NCBI GenBank assembly: GCA_010093995.1
Contig: ML992505.1
Location: forward strand, 226,921 to 290,920
Reading direction: 5' to 3'
DNA from: Elsinoe ampelina
Taxonomy: Eukaryota
Length of the DNA stretch: 64,000 bases
The notes beneath the pieces were generated by a model. The model worked only from the letters and a program-made list of their open reading frames with translations, did no database searches and was not told the DNA's origin. The translations under genes and the position numbers were made by a program. Every line of letters starts with the position of its first letter. Position 1 is the first letter of the stretch. Below, one piece after another: positions 12,053 to 23,748 of the stretch.

Positions 12053-13186
12053 ATGGCTTTATCCACAACTTTCAGCAGCAGCTTCGCAACATCCACAATC
12101 ACCCCTTCGATACCAATCATCACCCCTCGCGCCGACTCAATCTCTATACTGCGCTTCACACCTGCTGCAGGGTGCTTCACCGACCTCAACTTCTGGGCCG
12201 CACAAGCGAGTTGCTCCAGCCCAAACGAAGACCGAAGTCGACTATGCAACTACTTCCACCTCGCCGACCCCTGGTACGGCCGCATCCAACCCGCCCCCTC
12301 CGTGATCCTTCCACAATGCTACCTCCCCGCCACCGCCATTGCTCCCGCCACCGAGTGCCCCATCTACTACACCCCAGCCAGCACAAGCGACATCACCGTG
12401 GGCCTCTCCCGCACCTCCCGCACCGTAATCTGCTGCCCCACCCTCTTCCCCTTCACCTACACCCTCGCCACCACCACCGCCTTCAACGGCAACGTCGCTA
12501 CCTTTTCCACCTCGACTTGCTACGCGCCCAGCCCGACAATCTCCCTTTTCAACCCTTTCATCCCTTTCATCGAGCAACACTCCGAGGTTCCCCTCCTCGC
12601 GACCTCCTGGTCGTCAACAACATCAGGGTTCTTCGTCCCATCACTAGTAACCACCACCTTCACCACCGCCTCCGACGTGCTACTGGCATTCATGGTGTCC
12701 ATCTCCTTCGAGGTCTCCAAGGGACGCACCTGCGCGCCGAATTGCGCCTCGCCCTTCACGGGAGGGGAGTGGCCTTTGCCGACCACGGAGGTGGGGCCGA
12801 CGGCGACGGTGACGTTGATCCCGACCAGGGGGGAGGAGGAGAGCGGGTGTTGGAGTAGTAGTCTTTGTGAGTTTTGTAAGGTGATTGTTGTTGCGGTGAC
12901 TGTGCCGGTGGGATTGACATTGTTGTGCTGTGTGGGGTGTTGTTGGTGTTTTGCCGGGAGGAGGAAGGAGAGGAGGAGGGAGAGGGAGGGGGAGAGGGAA
13001 GTGGAGGGGCGGAGGTGGGAGCATGGCGGGGAGAGTGTGGGTGTTGAAGAAGGGAAGAGGCACGTTGGACTGGCACCTGCACCGGGGCTCAGAGATGAGC
13101 CAGAGATGGAGCCATCAAGCCCCGGGGAAGTTCTAGGTGACGATCAGCGGACTGGAGGTGGGGAGGGCGTATCCCAATCTCGCTAA
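12053..13186 (+). CDS. Hypothetical S/T- and Cys-rich single-pass membrane protein
   Basis: Long ORF from ATG 12053. S/T-rich region with scattered Cys (PQCYLP, ICCPT), a hydrophobic stretch VIVVAVTVPVGLTLLCCVGCCWCF, then a basic stop-transfer segment GRRKERRR. Confidence 0.6.
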   Translation: MALSTTFSSSFATSTITPSIPIITPRADSISILRFTPAAGCFTDLNFWAAQASCSSPNEDRSRLCNYFHLADPWYGRIQPAPSVILPQCYLPATAIAPATECPIYYTPASTSDITVGLSRTSRTVICCPTLFPFTYTLATTTAFNGNVATFSTSTCYAPSPTISLFNPFIPFIEQHSEVPLLATSWSSTTSGFFVPSLVTTTFTTASDVLLAFMVSISFEVSKGRTCAPNCASPFTGGEWPLPTTEVGPTATVTLIPTRGEEESGCWSSSLCEFCKVIVVAVTVPVGLTLLCCVGCCWCFAGRRKERRREREGEREVEGRRWEHGGESVGVEEGKRHVGLAPAPGLRDEPEMEPSSPGEVLGDDQRTGGGEGVSQSR

Positions 13187-13334
13187 GCAAGCACATATCC
13201 AGCACCCGCGGCCAGAGTTGGTGGGTATTATGAGAACCATTGTAATTATACCATTCTGCAGCCAACCTGTTCTCATCGACTTGCACGACGACTGCATCAC
13301 CTCATTCCTGTCCTTCTTGGTATCAATACCTCCT

Positions 13335-14729
13335 TCAAAACTGATCCCACCCCTCATCAAAAACCTCCAACGTCCTCCTCGCCACCTCCGTCCCCAACTT
13401 ATCCCCCGCCTCCGCCGCAAAATCAAAATGAATCCCGCCAAAAACCCTACTCTCTCCATTCTCCCTCGTCGCCTCCCTCAAGCTCGTATACGTCCTTGTC
13501 ACCTCCCCTATTGCATCAATCGTCACGTTCGACGTGACTGTGATGTTGACCTCGTCTGTTCCGAGGTAAGAGGTTATGACTTCGACCGCTGCACCGCCAA
13601 AGGTCGCGTGGGTGGAGGTGTAGTCTTGGTGGCTGGGCGTGGTGAGGAGGGGGGTCCAGGTGGGGTTGGAGATGTTGCGGCCGCTGGAGAGGTAGACTTC
13701 GGGGAAGCGGATGGCGGTGATGGGCCGCCAGGCGTTGTATTGAAATCTTTGAAGGGTGAGGATGGGGTAAAGGGGAGGAGAGGGGGAGGGGAGAGTTTAC
13801 TTGGCTTGCCAGGACGCGATGCCGGCGTTGGCGAGGGCGTAGTAGAATTGGGCGTAGAATTTGGCAGAGGCGGGGACGTCAGTGGCGAGAGATTGCCCGA
13901 TGGCGCCGCTGGCGAATCGGGTCCATTGTCTGCGTTGTTGGTTGGGAAGAGTGGGATGGAGGGAGGACGTACGAGATACTGCTTTCGCGCCAGTAGTAGG
14001 CTGTCAAGGTGTCGTAGGGTTGGCGGACGGTGGAGTTGCGCTCGCCTTGGGCTATGACTCTGTCGATGTAGGGTTCGTACTCGGGAGAGGTCGGATCTGG
14101 TGGTCCATCAATCTCAAATTGCTCGACGTCGCCTACTGATCCGAATAGTCGAACAAAGCGTGCCTGTGGAGTATCTGGGAGCGGATTCCCACCTGGTGTG
14201 TTCTGGTAGACACCCGGCTCACGAGGGCCAAAAGTATAGTCGACAAAGTCGTTGATGCGGTCGTCCGCGCGCGCAGTGACAACCCTCGCGGCTGCAGCTC
14301 TGCCGGCTTTGATAGCAGCAGTGCCGTCGGAAGAATTGGGGGACAGTCCAATCTGGGGGATCACTCGGCGCAGAGCTGCATTCGTGGGTCCGTAATTTCT
14401 GGTGCCGTGAAACAGCCATACAAGAGCATTGTGCGCCGCGTGAGACACCGCAAGCTGCTGGTACTCGAGAGACCTGTTGCTAGCCTCTGTCGCTGCGAGA
14501 TAGACGGCACCGTGCACGACAGCCGGACCCCATGCAGAAGGCGGCGACTGCAAACCTCCTATGATGCTACCATTGATCAAGACACCACCCTGATCAGCCC
14601 TGTCCCGACTGTCAGCTCTTGCGAAGGTCTCTGGATGAGACCAGCCTACCAGTACTGAACAATGTCGCCGGGGTAAGCGGCTAGAGCGCCAGAGGCTAAG
14701 GTAGCTAATGCAGTGATCGAGAACTTCAT
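13335..14729 (-). CDS. Secreted PAP2-superfamily / vanadium-dependent haloperoxidase-like protein (3 introns)
   Basis: Signal peptide MKFSITALATLASGALA. The spliced product contains the three PAP2/VHPO motifs: KFQYNAWRP (K-x6-RP), HQDYTSTH (PSGH equivalent) and SRVFGGIHF. First intron 14600-14649; others near 13930-13970 and 13750-13800. Confidence 0.85.
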
Positions 14730-15498
14730 GTTGCAGTGAGAGCAGAAACGTTCCAGATACCAGTTCCTACCAGATTGCTGTACCTACCCAATCATTAAAG
14801 CTCTCTACCCCTCCTCAACCACGATGATGCACAGAAGCCGCCAAGCGAAGACGCAATGCACTTGGTCCAGTAGGGTGTCAGTACCTGGCGGGATGGCGCA
14901 TGGCCTTTAGATGCATGGCCATCAATTCTGATGATCGAATATGCGCCAAGGAGATCCCTCGCTCAATAGAGGAAAGGAAGCAACATGAGATGCAGCACAG
15001 AATATCACGTCATCCGCGGACGCGGTCGAGGTCGAGAAACCCGTGCTTTCGCTCACAGTTGACGAGCTGGACTAGGACAAGCTCCCCAGCTTGGATCAGG
15101 TTGGAAGGCGATGATAATATGGTTTTTCCGTCTGACAACTAGTAGTGAGTTCAAATTGATCAAGGTGATGAAAATGTTTACCGAGGTCAATAATTCGTCG
15201 AGGCGCTTCCAACAGGGGCTGGGCAAACGGGCACTCTTTGAATCCTCCCTCAAGACACCCATCACCGTGTGGACCATGGGCGGCGCAATATCTCGAAATA
15301 CGTCTCTATCGCATCGCTAGGATCTGCCACATAGCCGATGTTCGATATCGTGACTATACGTTGGCTTGGTCCGTGGGATAAACGACGGCGCTGCCAGCTA
15401 TCGATTTAAGCTTTAGTTCTCATGGTGCCGAAGAGCCCATTATACTATTCGCTCCATTCGAACCCCATCGCCGGCCCTTGCCACCTCCTATTCCTGTC

Positions 15499-16200
15499 AT
15501 GTGGGCCGAAAATGAAAGCAAGGAGATCGACATTGATGCTCGGATAGTGGAATCTTGGGCGGAGATCGAAGACACCTGGGGCTTTGTCGTGTATCGATGC
15601 ACCTACAACGACGACGGAGATTGGAAGGAGTTCATGGAATATCTGACCGCATACGTACAAGAGGCACTACAAGCGTATGGGGTGGAGCATTTGATGAGCA
15701 AGCTGAACTGGCACGTACAGGAGGACAGCTCTTTCGAAGGAGCTACTAAAGCTACTATCAGGCAGTGAGTAAGCACTGGCGACCCACAAGTAATTGCACT
15801 AAGCTATGGAAGAACGTTTGAGGATTGGCGATCTCGTCAACCGCAGATAATATCCCCAAGAGGCGACTACTGTATCATGGTCGACCAAGACAGCCTGGAT
15901 TCAGTTCTCGTCGCCGGAAAGCCGCCCGATGACTTAAGTTGTCTCGAACCCTATGTCATTCTGATTGATCGTCAGTGGAGACAGCTCTATGAAGATGAGA
16001 CTGAGGTACCCGACGACAGCAAGCCAGATCCAGCCAGGCGGCTTCTCGACCAGGATTGTGAAGCACTCGAGGGATGCAGGATGGAAGATGTAGGCTGGAC
16101 TATGGTCAATATTGCCGCAGTGCCCATACGGATGTATTCCGTACTGGATACCGGATGGGACATTGTCTATCAGCGACCACCGACGGTGTCTAATCCATAA
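15499..16200 (+). CDS. Small acidic 'WGFVVYRCTY' family protein, copy A (217 aa)
   Basis: Intron 15765-15812 joins ...TWGFVVYRCTYNDDGDW...WHVQEDSSFEGATKATIRQ|TFEDW..SPRGDYCIMVDQ...GCRMEDVGW...WDIVYQRPP. Clearly paralogous to seven other copies in the window. Confidence 0.88.
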
Positions 16201-16572
16201 ACATGGATACGAGGCACGTATCTTGCATTGCATGGCCGCAGACTGTTCCGGAAATACATACAGATCGATTGGCAGGAGGTTGCTCCGTATCGACTCATAG
16301 TCAACAGAGCGGTTCGATTGAATTGATGACAAATTGGGAAAATCCAGGAAGTCGAGGGGTGATTGAATGATCCGAGAGTTCGCTCTATCCGTGGACGGCT
16401 GCGTTTGACTTGGCTGTTTCACCACTCGCAGCTGAAGAGTTCGCCGATTTTACCCACGCACCTCGCAATGTGCACGTGGAGTTCTGAAAATATCGACCGA
16501 CCTCCAACCACGTGGGCAGGTCGTAAAGTATGTCAACGCCACTCGCGGAGATCTTTAGTCCAAGGCCTGCAC

Positions 16573-17033
16573 ATGGGTGACACCTGCGATATTCTTAGCC
16601 TTCTAGAGGAGTGGGCCGACAGCACCTGGGGATTCGTCATCTACCGCTGCACATACTCAAGCGATGAGAAATGGGCTCATTTCATGGAGCTTCTTTACGT
16701 TCACTCCAAGGAATGGCTAGAAGGTGAAGACCTTGGGCAGATCGTTGACAGTCTGGAGTGGACTGTCCGGGAAAATCGCATGTTCGAAAGCGCATCGAAG
16801 CATGAATTGAGAACGTATTCCGTGGACGTTCCCACCTGCAGCTGACCTGACGCGCTGACATACATGACAGATCTTTCAGGGACTGGGTGGGCACCACATC
16901 TGCGGGCAAGAGAAAGGTAAACCCTCGTTACGATTATTTCATCGTAGCAGATCAGGAGTGCCTGGACTCCGTCCTCGATCGAGAAGATCCGACCGAGCTT
17001 GAAGTGAACGGCAGAGCGTACGTAAAATTGCTG
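16573..17033 (+). pseudogene. WGFVVYRCTY family copy B: lacks the C-terminal third and reads in frame into copy C
   Basis: WGFVIYRCTY, intron 16815-16870 at the family position, then SFRDW...PRYDYFIVADQECLDSVL...AYVKLL. The conserved VGW...RPP end is absent and no stop occurs before the copy C ATG at 17115. Confidence 0.7.
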
Positions 17034-17114
17034 AGGCATATACTCGAGTGTCTGTTCCCTCTGATTCGGGTCTTGCAACCCTCACAAGCTGGACCCATAG
17101 ACGATTCGAATAAA

Positions 17115-17792
17115 ATGGAAGACGAAGCCAGAGCAGTTCAGTCATGGACAGAGGTAGAGGGATTCTGGGGCTTTGTCATCCATCGATGCACGTACAGGGA
17201 TGATGACGAATGGGATCTTTTCATGGCCCACCTCAATGCCCATGCACAAGCGGAATTGGATGCCAACAATGCCGGCCATCTGATAAAGTCACTAAGATGG
17301 GAAGTCCAGGAGGATATTTCGTATCAGGGCGCTAGCAAGAGCTTCATCAGGCAGTGAGTGAGTCCGGTGATAGTCAGCCGAACTTGCTAAACAGTCACAA
17401 GGAGATTCCAGGGATGGAGAGAGAAGCAGGGTCGAATTACATCGCCACGGGGCGACTACTGCATTATGGTCGACCAGGACAGTCTAGATTCTGTACTTGT
17501 GGCTGGGATACCACCTGACTTCGATTCAATGACAGAGCCCTACGTTGATCTAATCGATCGTCGCTGGAGACAATTATACGTCGACGACACAGAAGTCATC
17601 GGCTCCGAAGAGCTTGACCCAGCGAAGCCTCTCATGGACGAAGGGTGTGAAGAAGTCGAAGGTTGTAAGATGGAGAACGTAGGCTGGACTAGGGTCGACG
17701 TATCCTTGTTATCGGTTCGCCTTTTCACCATTCTCCACGACGTGGGCTGGGAGATCGTCTACAAACGTCCACCAGAACTCTCTAGCCCATAG
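17115..17792 (+). CDS. WGFVVYRCTY family protein, copy C (209 aa)
   Basis: MEDEARAV..FWGFVIHRCTY; intron 17354-17401; RFQGW..SPRGDYCIMVDQ...GCKMENVGW...WEIVYKRPP. Confidence 0.88.
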
Positions 17793-17993
17793 TTTAGCAC
17801 TCGCATGATGTCGAAGAAAGAACGGAAGCTAAGCATTCTTGCTGGAGATGAGCTATCGAATGCCCTGCCACGGGGGAGCGTTATGGCATTGTTTATATTT
17901 GATCTCGAGCTTGGTTATTCAACGTTGTCTCCAGTCTTGGCTTCGAACCTATCATCACCTAGGATCGAACATGGTGCTGGACGAACGGCCATG

Positions 17994-18682
17994 TCAAGGT
18001 TTGACCACCACAGGTGGCCTACGATACACGCCTTCCCAGCCAGGATCGTCGAGGATACTGAAAGCTCTGGGAGCTACATGACTGATAGCAAGCTTCATCC
18101 AACCGACGTCGTCCATGCGGCATCCATCCAGTGGATCGAAGCCTTCATCTGCCGCTTGCCTTTCCCCCTCTGCCGCTCTATCTACCTTGTCTTCATAGCT
18201 ACCATCGAAGTATTTCTGGCGCCAATTCTTGTCGATGATGTAGACGAATGCTTTGTTCTCGCTGTCGTACTCCGGCGGCGCAGGAGCTGCCAGCGTAGCG
18301 TCTATGCAGTCCTGGTCGACCATGACACAAAAGTTGGCCCTGGGTGAGGACAGTTCAGAATGCTTGGATGCCCATTCGTGGAACCTTCTATCTCTATATC
18401 AGCGGTGGCTGAATGGCATGGCAAAGATTGGACTTACCTTCTGACCAGTTCTTTGCTCGCACCTTCAAGCTCGGGCTTCTCCTGGATAGCCCAGTCCAAT
18501 GTGTCCATGAGATCCAGGTAGTCCTCATCGTCTGCCTCGAGTGACTCCCGAACATGATCATTGAGAATCTTGAGAAAGCGCGACCACTCATCGTCGCTTT
18601 TGTATGAGCATCTGTATATAATGAATCCCCATACTCCCTCCTCTTCTACAATCTCACGAGCATACTCTGCGTCGCTGCTCAT
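17994..18682 (-). CDS. WGFVVYRCTY family protein, copy D (212 aa)
   Basis: VWGFIIYRCSY; intron 18388-18437; RFHEW..SPRANFCVMVDQ...GCRMDDVGW...WEGVYRRPP. Confidence 0.88.
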
Positions 18683-20159
18683 AGTGCCGGGATTGGGGAG
18701 TGAAAATTGCGAAAGGAAGACGTGAGAGATCGCACGATGTCACAAGTCTCACCGGATTCCAGCTGCACTTACCTCCACCAAAAACAGCTCATGCATCGGG
18801 CGGTGACGATCGTTCCGTTGAGCAAGGAAGATGAGGTCGGTGAAGTGGTTACAGAGCGAGTCAAGGTGCTGGCTGTGATTGGCCGATCGGGCAGGGCCTC
18901 GCCAAGAATTTCCCCTTGCTGGCCTGACCGTTTTGAGATGGGCAATTTACCAGACCTCTCTCCATTATTGTCGACCTGTACAGCTGCGGTCTCCGGCGAC
19001 TACAAATACTTCGTGACAAGCTATTTAGCTACTCGAAACTGCAATATTGCCACGGAGTACCAACATCTGCATATGTCTAACTGCGGAGGTTTCGTCTACG
19101 CTGAGGTCCTGTCATCAGCTCCTTCGTTAGATCGTTGTCCGGATTTGAGACACATGCGGATCCTGCCACACATGGAGTGCCATTAACGACAACTAGGTAG
19201 GGCGCGGCTGATTCTTCTGCCATACCATGCGGCGTCGACAGAGCATGCGGCGCCACCCGTCTACCTCTCATCCAAGGCCCTGTGCCAAACTCGGGGATCG
19301 ACAGTGGTACACGCCTCGCAAGCCATTACCATGATGCACTGCAGCCACTCGAGTAGACGGTACAGCAGGTAAACATGCTCTCATAAAACGTACCTGCTCC
19401 GGAAATAGACCTCAGCTCTGAAATTCGTCTAGACCCATTTCGTCCACTATCGTGCAGGAATCTTAGATCGCATTTTGATCAGTACCATGGACTGCTGGAG
19501 CTGTCGTCGTTTTGGACCTACTTCAAGGTTTCTGGCTGGCACGTATTTCCAAGTGTTGATCATAACCAACATGATCGATATCCTGAGGTCATCTCCGAAG
19601 TTTCGTCAATTATTGGCTTGTATCTACGGACGTACTTCGCCCCAAGCACGAGCGATGCTACGCTGTCTACCGTGGACAGAAGGTCGGGCCTGAAGATGCA
19701 GTACCCTGATCTTTGCCTGCACTAGCGCTCGCACGACCGTTCATGCTGTTGCTTCACTAGTCCGTGGCTGATCACACCCTGCCATGGTGCTCTTCTAAAT
19801 CGCCAAAGCTTGTCCGGCATTCCATGGCAGTCACCACATTCGACAGTACTCATCTGCATGGTCGGAGTGCCGGTCAATCAAACTTCCAGGTATGGAACGA
19901 GACACCGTCAATTAGGATCCTAATTGTACTGCCAAGCTCAGAGCAATATCCCCCGACATCTGACCATTCCAGGAATAGATGTGAACTGCTATATAAGACC
20001 AGCATGTTCGGCCGGAAAAAAGTGCATAGTCAACTTCCCAAACACTCTCTTCTTGTCATTCCTTTACCTGACTACGATACTCATTCTTTACTACTGCTTC
20101 AATCAGAATAGAATTCGTTACCTATCATCACCTGGCTGTCTATCAGCACGCACCTCAGT

Positions 20160-22664
20160 ATGCGTCTGAACGCATTCCTGCTGCTCCTTAGCTGGTCTAC
20201 GGACTCTGCCGTGGATGCGTTCTCAATTGGCCGCCGAGCAGACAAACAGTCCAAGGAGACTTTCGACCAAGAGACCAAGGCATTCGAGAAGGAAGGTCTG
20301 TGCAGATCATACGAAGGCAATGGAGACACTCTATCGACTTGTAAGGTATATTGTAACCAGCCATCCAATATCACTTGCTACGGTGGCGTTGAGGTAAACG
20401 GTAAAAAGACATACCACTACGACCCGGACGGCCAGCCATGGATCATCGGCAAATGTGAATGCAAGGTGCCAGAAATAGCCGTCTTCCTGGCCACCGAAGT
20501 GCTTGAAGCTATGCCTCTGGTAGCTGGCATCGGGTGTACTATCCTGTTTGGAGCCTTGCAGATGGTCATCGACATCGGCACTGCTGTCATTCCTGGAGGA
20601 GCCGCCGTCAAGGGAGTCGAGAAAGGTGTGCAAGCCGCTAAGACTCTGGTTGAGAATGGTAACGACGCTGCTGGCTTCACCGGCTGGTTCTCCAAGGTCT
20701 GCAATCCTACCAACTCGGATGAGGTTGCTCGTATCAACGCCGATGTTGGCAAATTCTTCGACCCGCTTGCTGCTGCACCTGACTTTATTGGTGTGGGAGC
20801 TGGATGTGTTTTGCAGGATAAATCCAAATGCAAGAAGAACGATAAGAAGCCGGACGAGTCATCTAGGGATAAGCAGCCGGATCAGACGACGAAAGACAAC
20901 CAACCCGATCAAACGTCCAAGACAGACGAGTCGAAGACCACAACCACCGACAAGAGTTCCACAGCCGGTACCAGCACAACCACGACCACGACCACGACCG
21001 GTGGATCGACTACAACGACTGACGGATCCACCACCACGACAGACGCTTCTAAGACGACAACCAACACTGATTCGTCTAACACGACGACAAGTACAACCGG
21101 GGACTCCTCGGCATGTGTTACGACAACGACAAAGTATGCACCGGCAGCGACGGACGCCGTATCTGTCTGCAAAGTCGCACCGGATGTATGCAAGAACCCC
21201 GATGACCTTGAAGCTGCAGACTTCATAGATGACGTGGTCGACCACACCGGCATCGAGGCTCGCGATCTCGAGAAGCGTAGCAGTGCTCGCCCATTCAATA
21301 TCGCTCTCCCGAACAACGGGGAGATCAAGATGTCATCGATACCTTACGTCGAGCGTCCGGCGTTCGTTGAGGAGCTGCGGACCACGACCGACAAGGATTT
21401 GTACACCAAGGTATTCGACTACTCTACTTCCAAGCTTGATGATGTCAAGTGTGGTCCCCAAAAGCTTCCTACTGGCAAGGACATTGAAAAGTATGCGGTG
21501 GAGCATATCGTCGAGGTAGGGTCAGTCCATCCGCGATTGACCATCAGCGAGCTGACACTGCATAGTTACAAACGGTCAAGGACTTCGTCAAGTATGCCCT
21601 CGTCGGCGACATCTCTGTGCTGGATAGTCGATCGAAGGCGTGGACAAACAAGATCCCCGCATCCGGCACAACTGCCGCGGGCGTCAAGGTCATCTCGAAG
21701 GACTACTTCCTCAAGCCCTGGGGCGAATCAATCCTTGCTGGCAAGGGGCTGGGCAAGGTCGGCAAGGGAACTGCGAGCCAGGATGTCCCGGCACAACGAG
21801 TTTTTGAAGCGCTCGGATCCAAGTCCAATAAGGCCGCTTTCCTCCTGCTCAACTCCGAGGTGAACAGTATGAAAGCTCTCATCTGGGGTAGGAAGCGAGG
21901 CATGGACCCAGCAGAGTTCAAGAAAGCAGTCAAAGTATCTGCCGACCCAGGCAAATACGCAGACAGCGGACGTGCCGGGGTCAGTCCTACCTCCGTCGAC
22001 CTCGTGTCACAGTGGATGTCCATCTTCCGCCTCGTAAGCCCCTCCGTCTCCGTCTCCCTCCCTTATCATACTAAAGCTCGCCTAGGTCATCGGCACCTAC
22101 CAATACCTCAACCACAAAGAAACCAAATCCCGTCTCTGGGAAGAACTCGCCTCCGTTCGCGCCGAACTCACCAACATCGAGACCAACGGTCCCGCAAGCG
22201 GCGTCGGCCTCATCGCTCTCTGGGACACCTTTGTGCCGGCGTACTTCCAGCGCATCGAGGAGAAGACCAAAGAGTGGTACGACAAGTACCTCAAAGACGC
22301 CAGGGTTGTTTTCGAGAAAGCAAAGAAGACGTTCGACGACGACAAGGCGAAGCGGCAGAAGCAGTGTGCCGCGGGCAAGAGGCCGAATGATGAGCCGACG
22401 CCGCAGTATATTGAGTTCACACTCAAGACCATCGCGAAGTATGAGAAGATGTCGGATAAGTTGAAACTGCCGAAGGAGAAGGATCTGAATGTGGATGTTG
22501 AGTTGGATCTCCCCAAGGATGATGCCGAGGATGGCTCGTCGGGGTCTGGGACCTCGAGCACGAGTAGTGTGGGAGATTTTGTGCAGTCCGGGATTGGGGC
22601 GCAGTTGGGGGCGATGTTGAGTGCTATTCAGACGATAGAGGATGCGAAGAAGGCTCAGGGTTAG
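20160..22664 (+). CDS. Secreted multidomain precursor T1 (~800 aa): Cys-rich N-domain, Thr-rich linker, KR site, C-terminal EHIxELQ domain (putative toxin)
   Basis: Introns 21516-21565 and 22034-22085 join three ORF-track pieces into one frame. Signal-like start MRLNAFLLLLSW; C..YC..C..GKCEC; poly-Thr linker; LEKR (21273-21278); YAVEHIVE|LQ...GSKSN...VNSMKALIW. Collinear with the paralogue at 27916-30650. Confidence 0.88.
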
Positions 22665-23344
22665 AGGGGTGACTGGGGTCCTCAATGATGGTAATGGCTA
22701 TGCAGTGACGAATGCGCATGTCCCTATGCTAAACGTGCTGATGTTCTTCTCCGGCAAGGAAAGATCTCCCCCGCCCTGTCTCTATTGTGCATGAGCGTCG
22801 CTGTTTAGTTCGACCTACCGGGCTCCAGAGCTGTGGCAGCCTCAGGAAGCGATTGACGCTGCAACAAGCACGGCATCAAGCTCCCTCCTGCTCTCTGACC
22901 CTTCAGCTGATGGCGATGCTGTTCGTCCGGGTTGCCACGTCTGATACGGTCCTTGCTCTGCCTGCCTGGGTGGCTGTGAGCCTGTCAGGCTGCCACAAAG
23001 GCGTAGATTTTGCCTTCTTTTCATGCCTCCTGCCACCTTGACAGCGCATCCCAGCTGGACTACAGTTTTCCCTCTCCGAAATGCAGCACCTCCAGTGGTC
23101 GATAAGGTCCCGTCCAATCTCTGCCACGTCAAGTGTGTGCTACCACATCACGAGGAGGGGGTGATCGTGTGATAGATCCCGTCAATGGTCACGCAGTCGT
23201 TCTGTACCACGATTATAGTGCCGTCTATAAAGACACGCTGACCACCCTTCCTGCTTGGGTCCTATAAACAAGCCCGATTTTGCGATTCAACAGATTCCGG
23301 ACTCACATATCTATCTGTAAAGCTCTTCAACCAATTATACAAAC

Positions 23345-23535
23345 ATGTCCACGAAAGGTCCTCGCGGGCCCGTCACAAAACCGCCGGAGCATTGGATCCC
23401 TCGTTTCCCAATGCCACCACAGCCACCTCCCCCTTCACGACCTCTCCCAAGCGCAAATACAGGACGGCCTCCTCCTCGTTGTAAGTCCCAGATTTCACGT
23501 GCCTCACCTGCTGAGTCTCTGATCGGCGTTTAGAA
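23345..23535 (+). CDS. Possible 45-aa Pro/Arg-rich micro-protein
   Basis: TATAAA at 23226 and 23263, ATG at 23345, and a GTAAGT...TAG intron (23481-23533) whose removal creates the stop T|AA. Confidence 0.3.
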
Positions 23536-23748
23536 TGTCATTCTCCATGCTCCTCGCTACTCCTCGAATTGCTTGAGCGCCTCCTTCCCATGGGCTAGGC
23601 TCCGCATTCGACGCTAGATTGCTTGTAGGAGGCCACCGAGGAGAGTCTGTTGCGGAGGCTAGGGCGTACGGTGTCTTGGATTTGGAAGAGATAGCTGTGC
23701 ATGGACTCATTATATCTGAATACCACGATTTGTGCAGCTCGTGCCTTC

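Noticed and set aside
13137..14057. 306-aa plus-strand ORF
   Set aside because: Antisense to the spliced haloperoxidase-like gene, which carries the catalytic motifs.
20860..21130. Thr-rich ACN repeats as a separate satellite
   Set aside because: They encode the T1 linker in frame.
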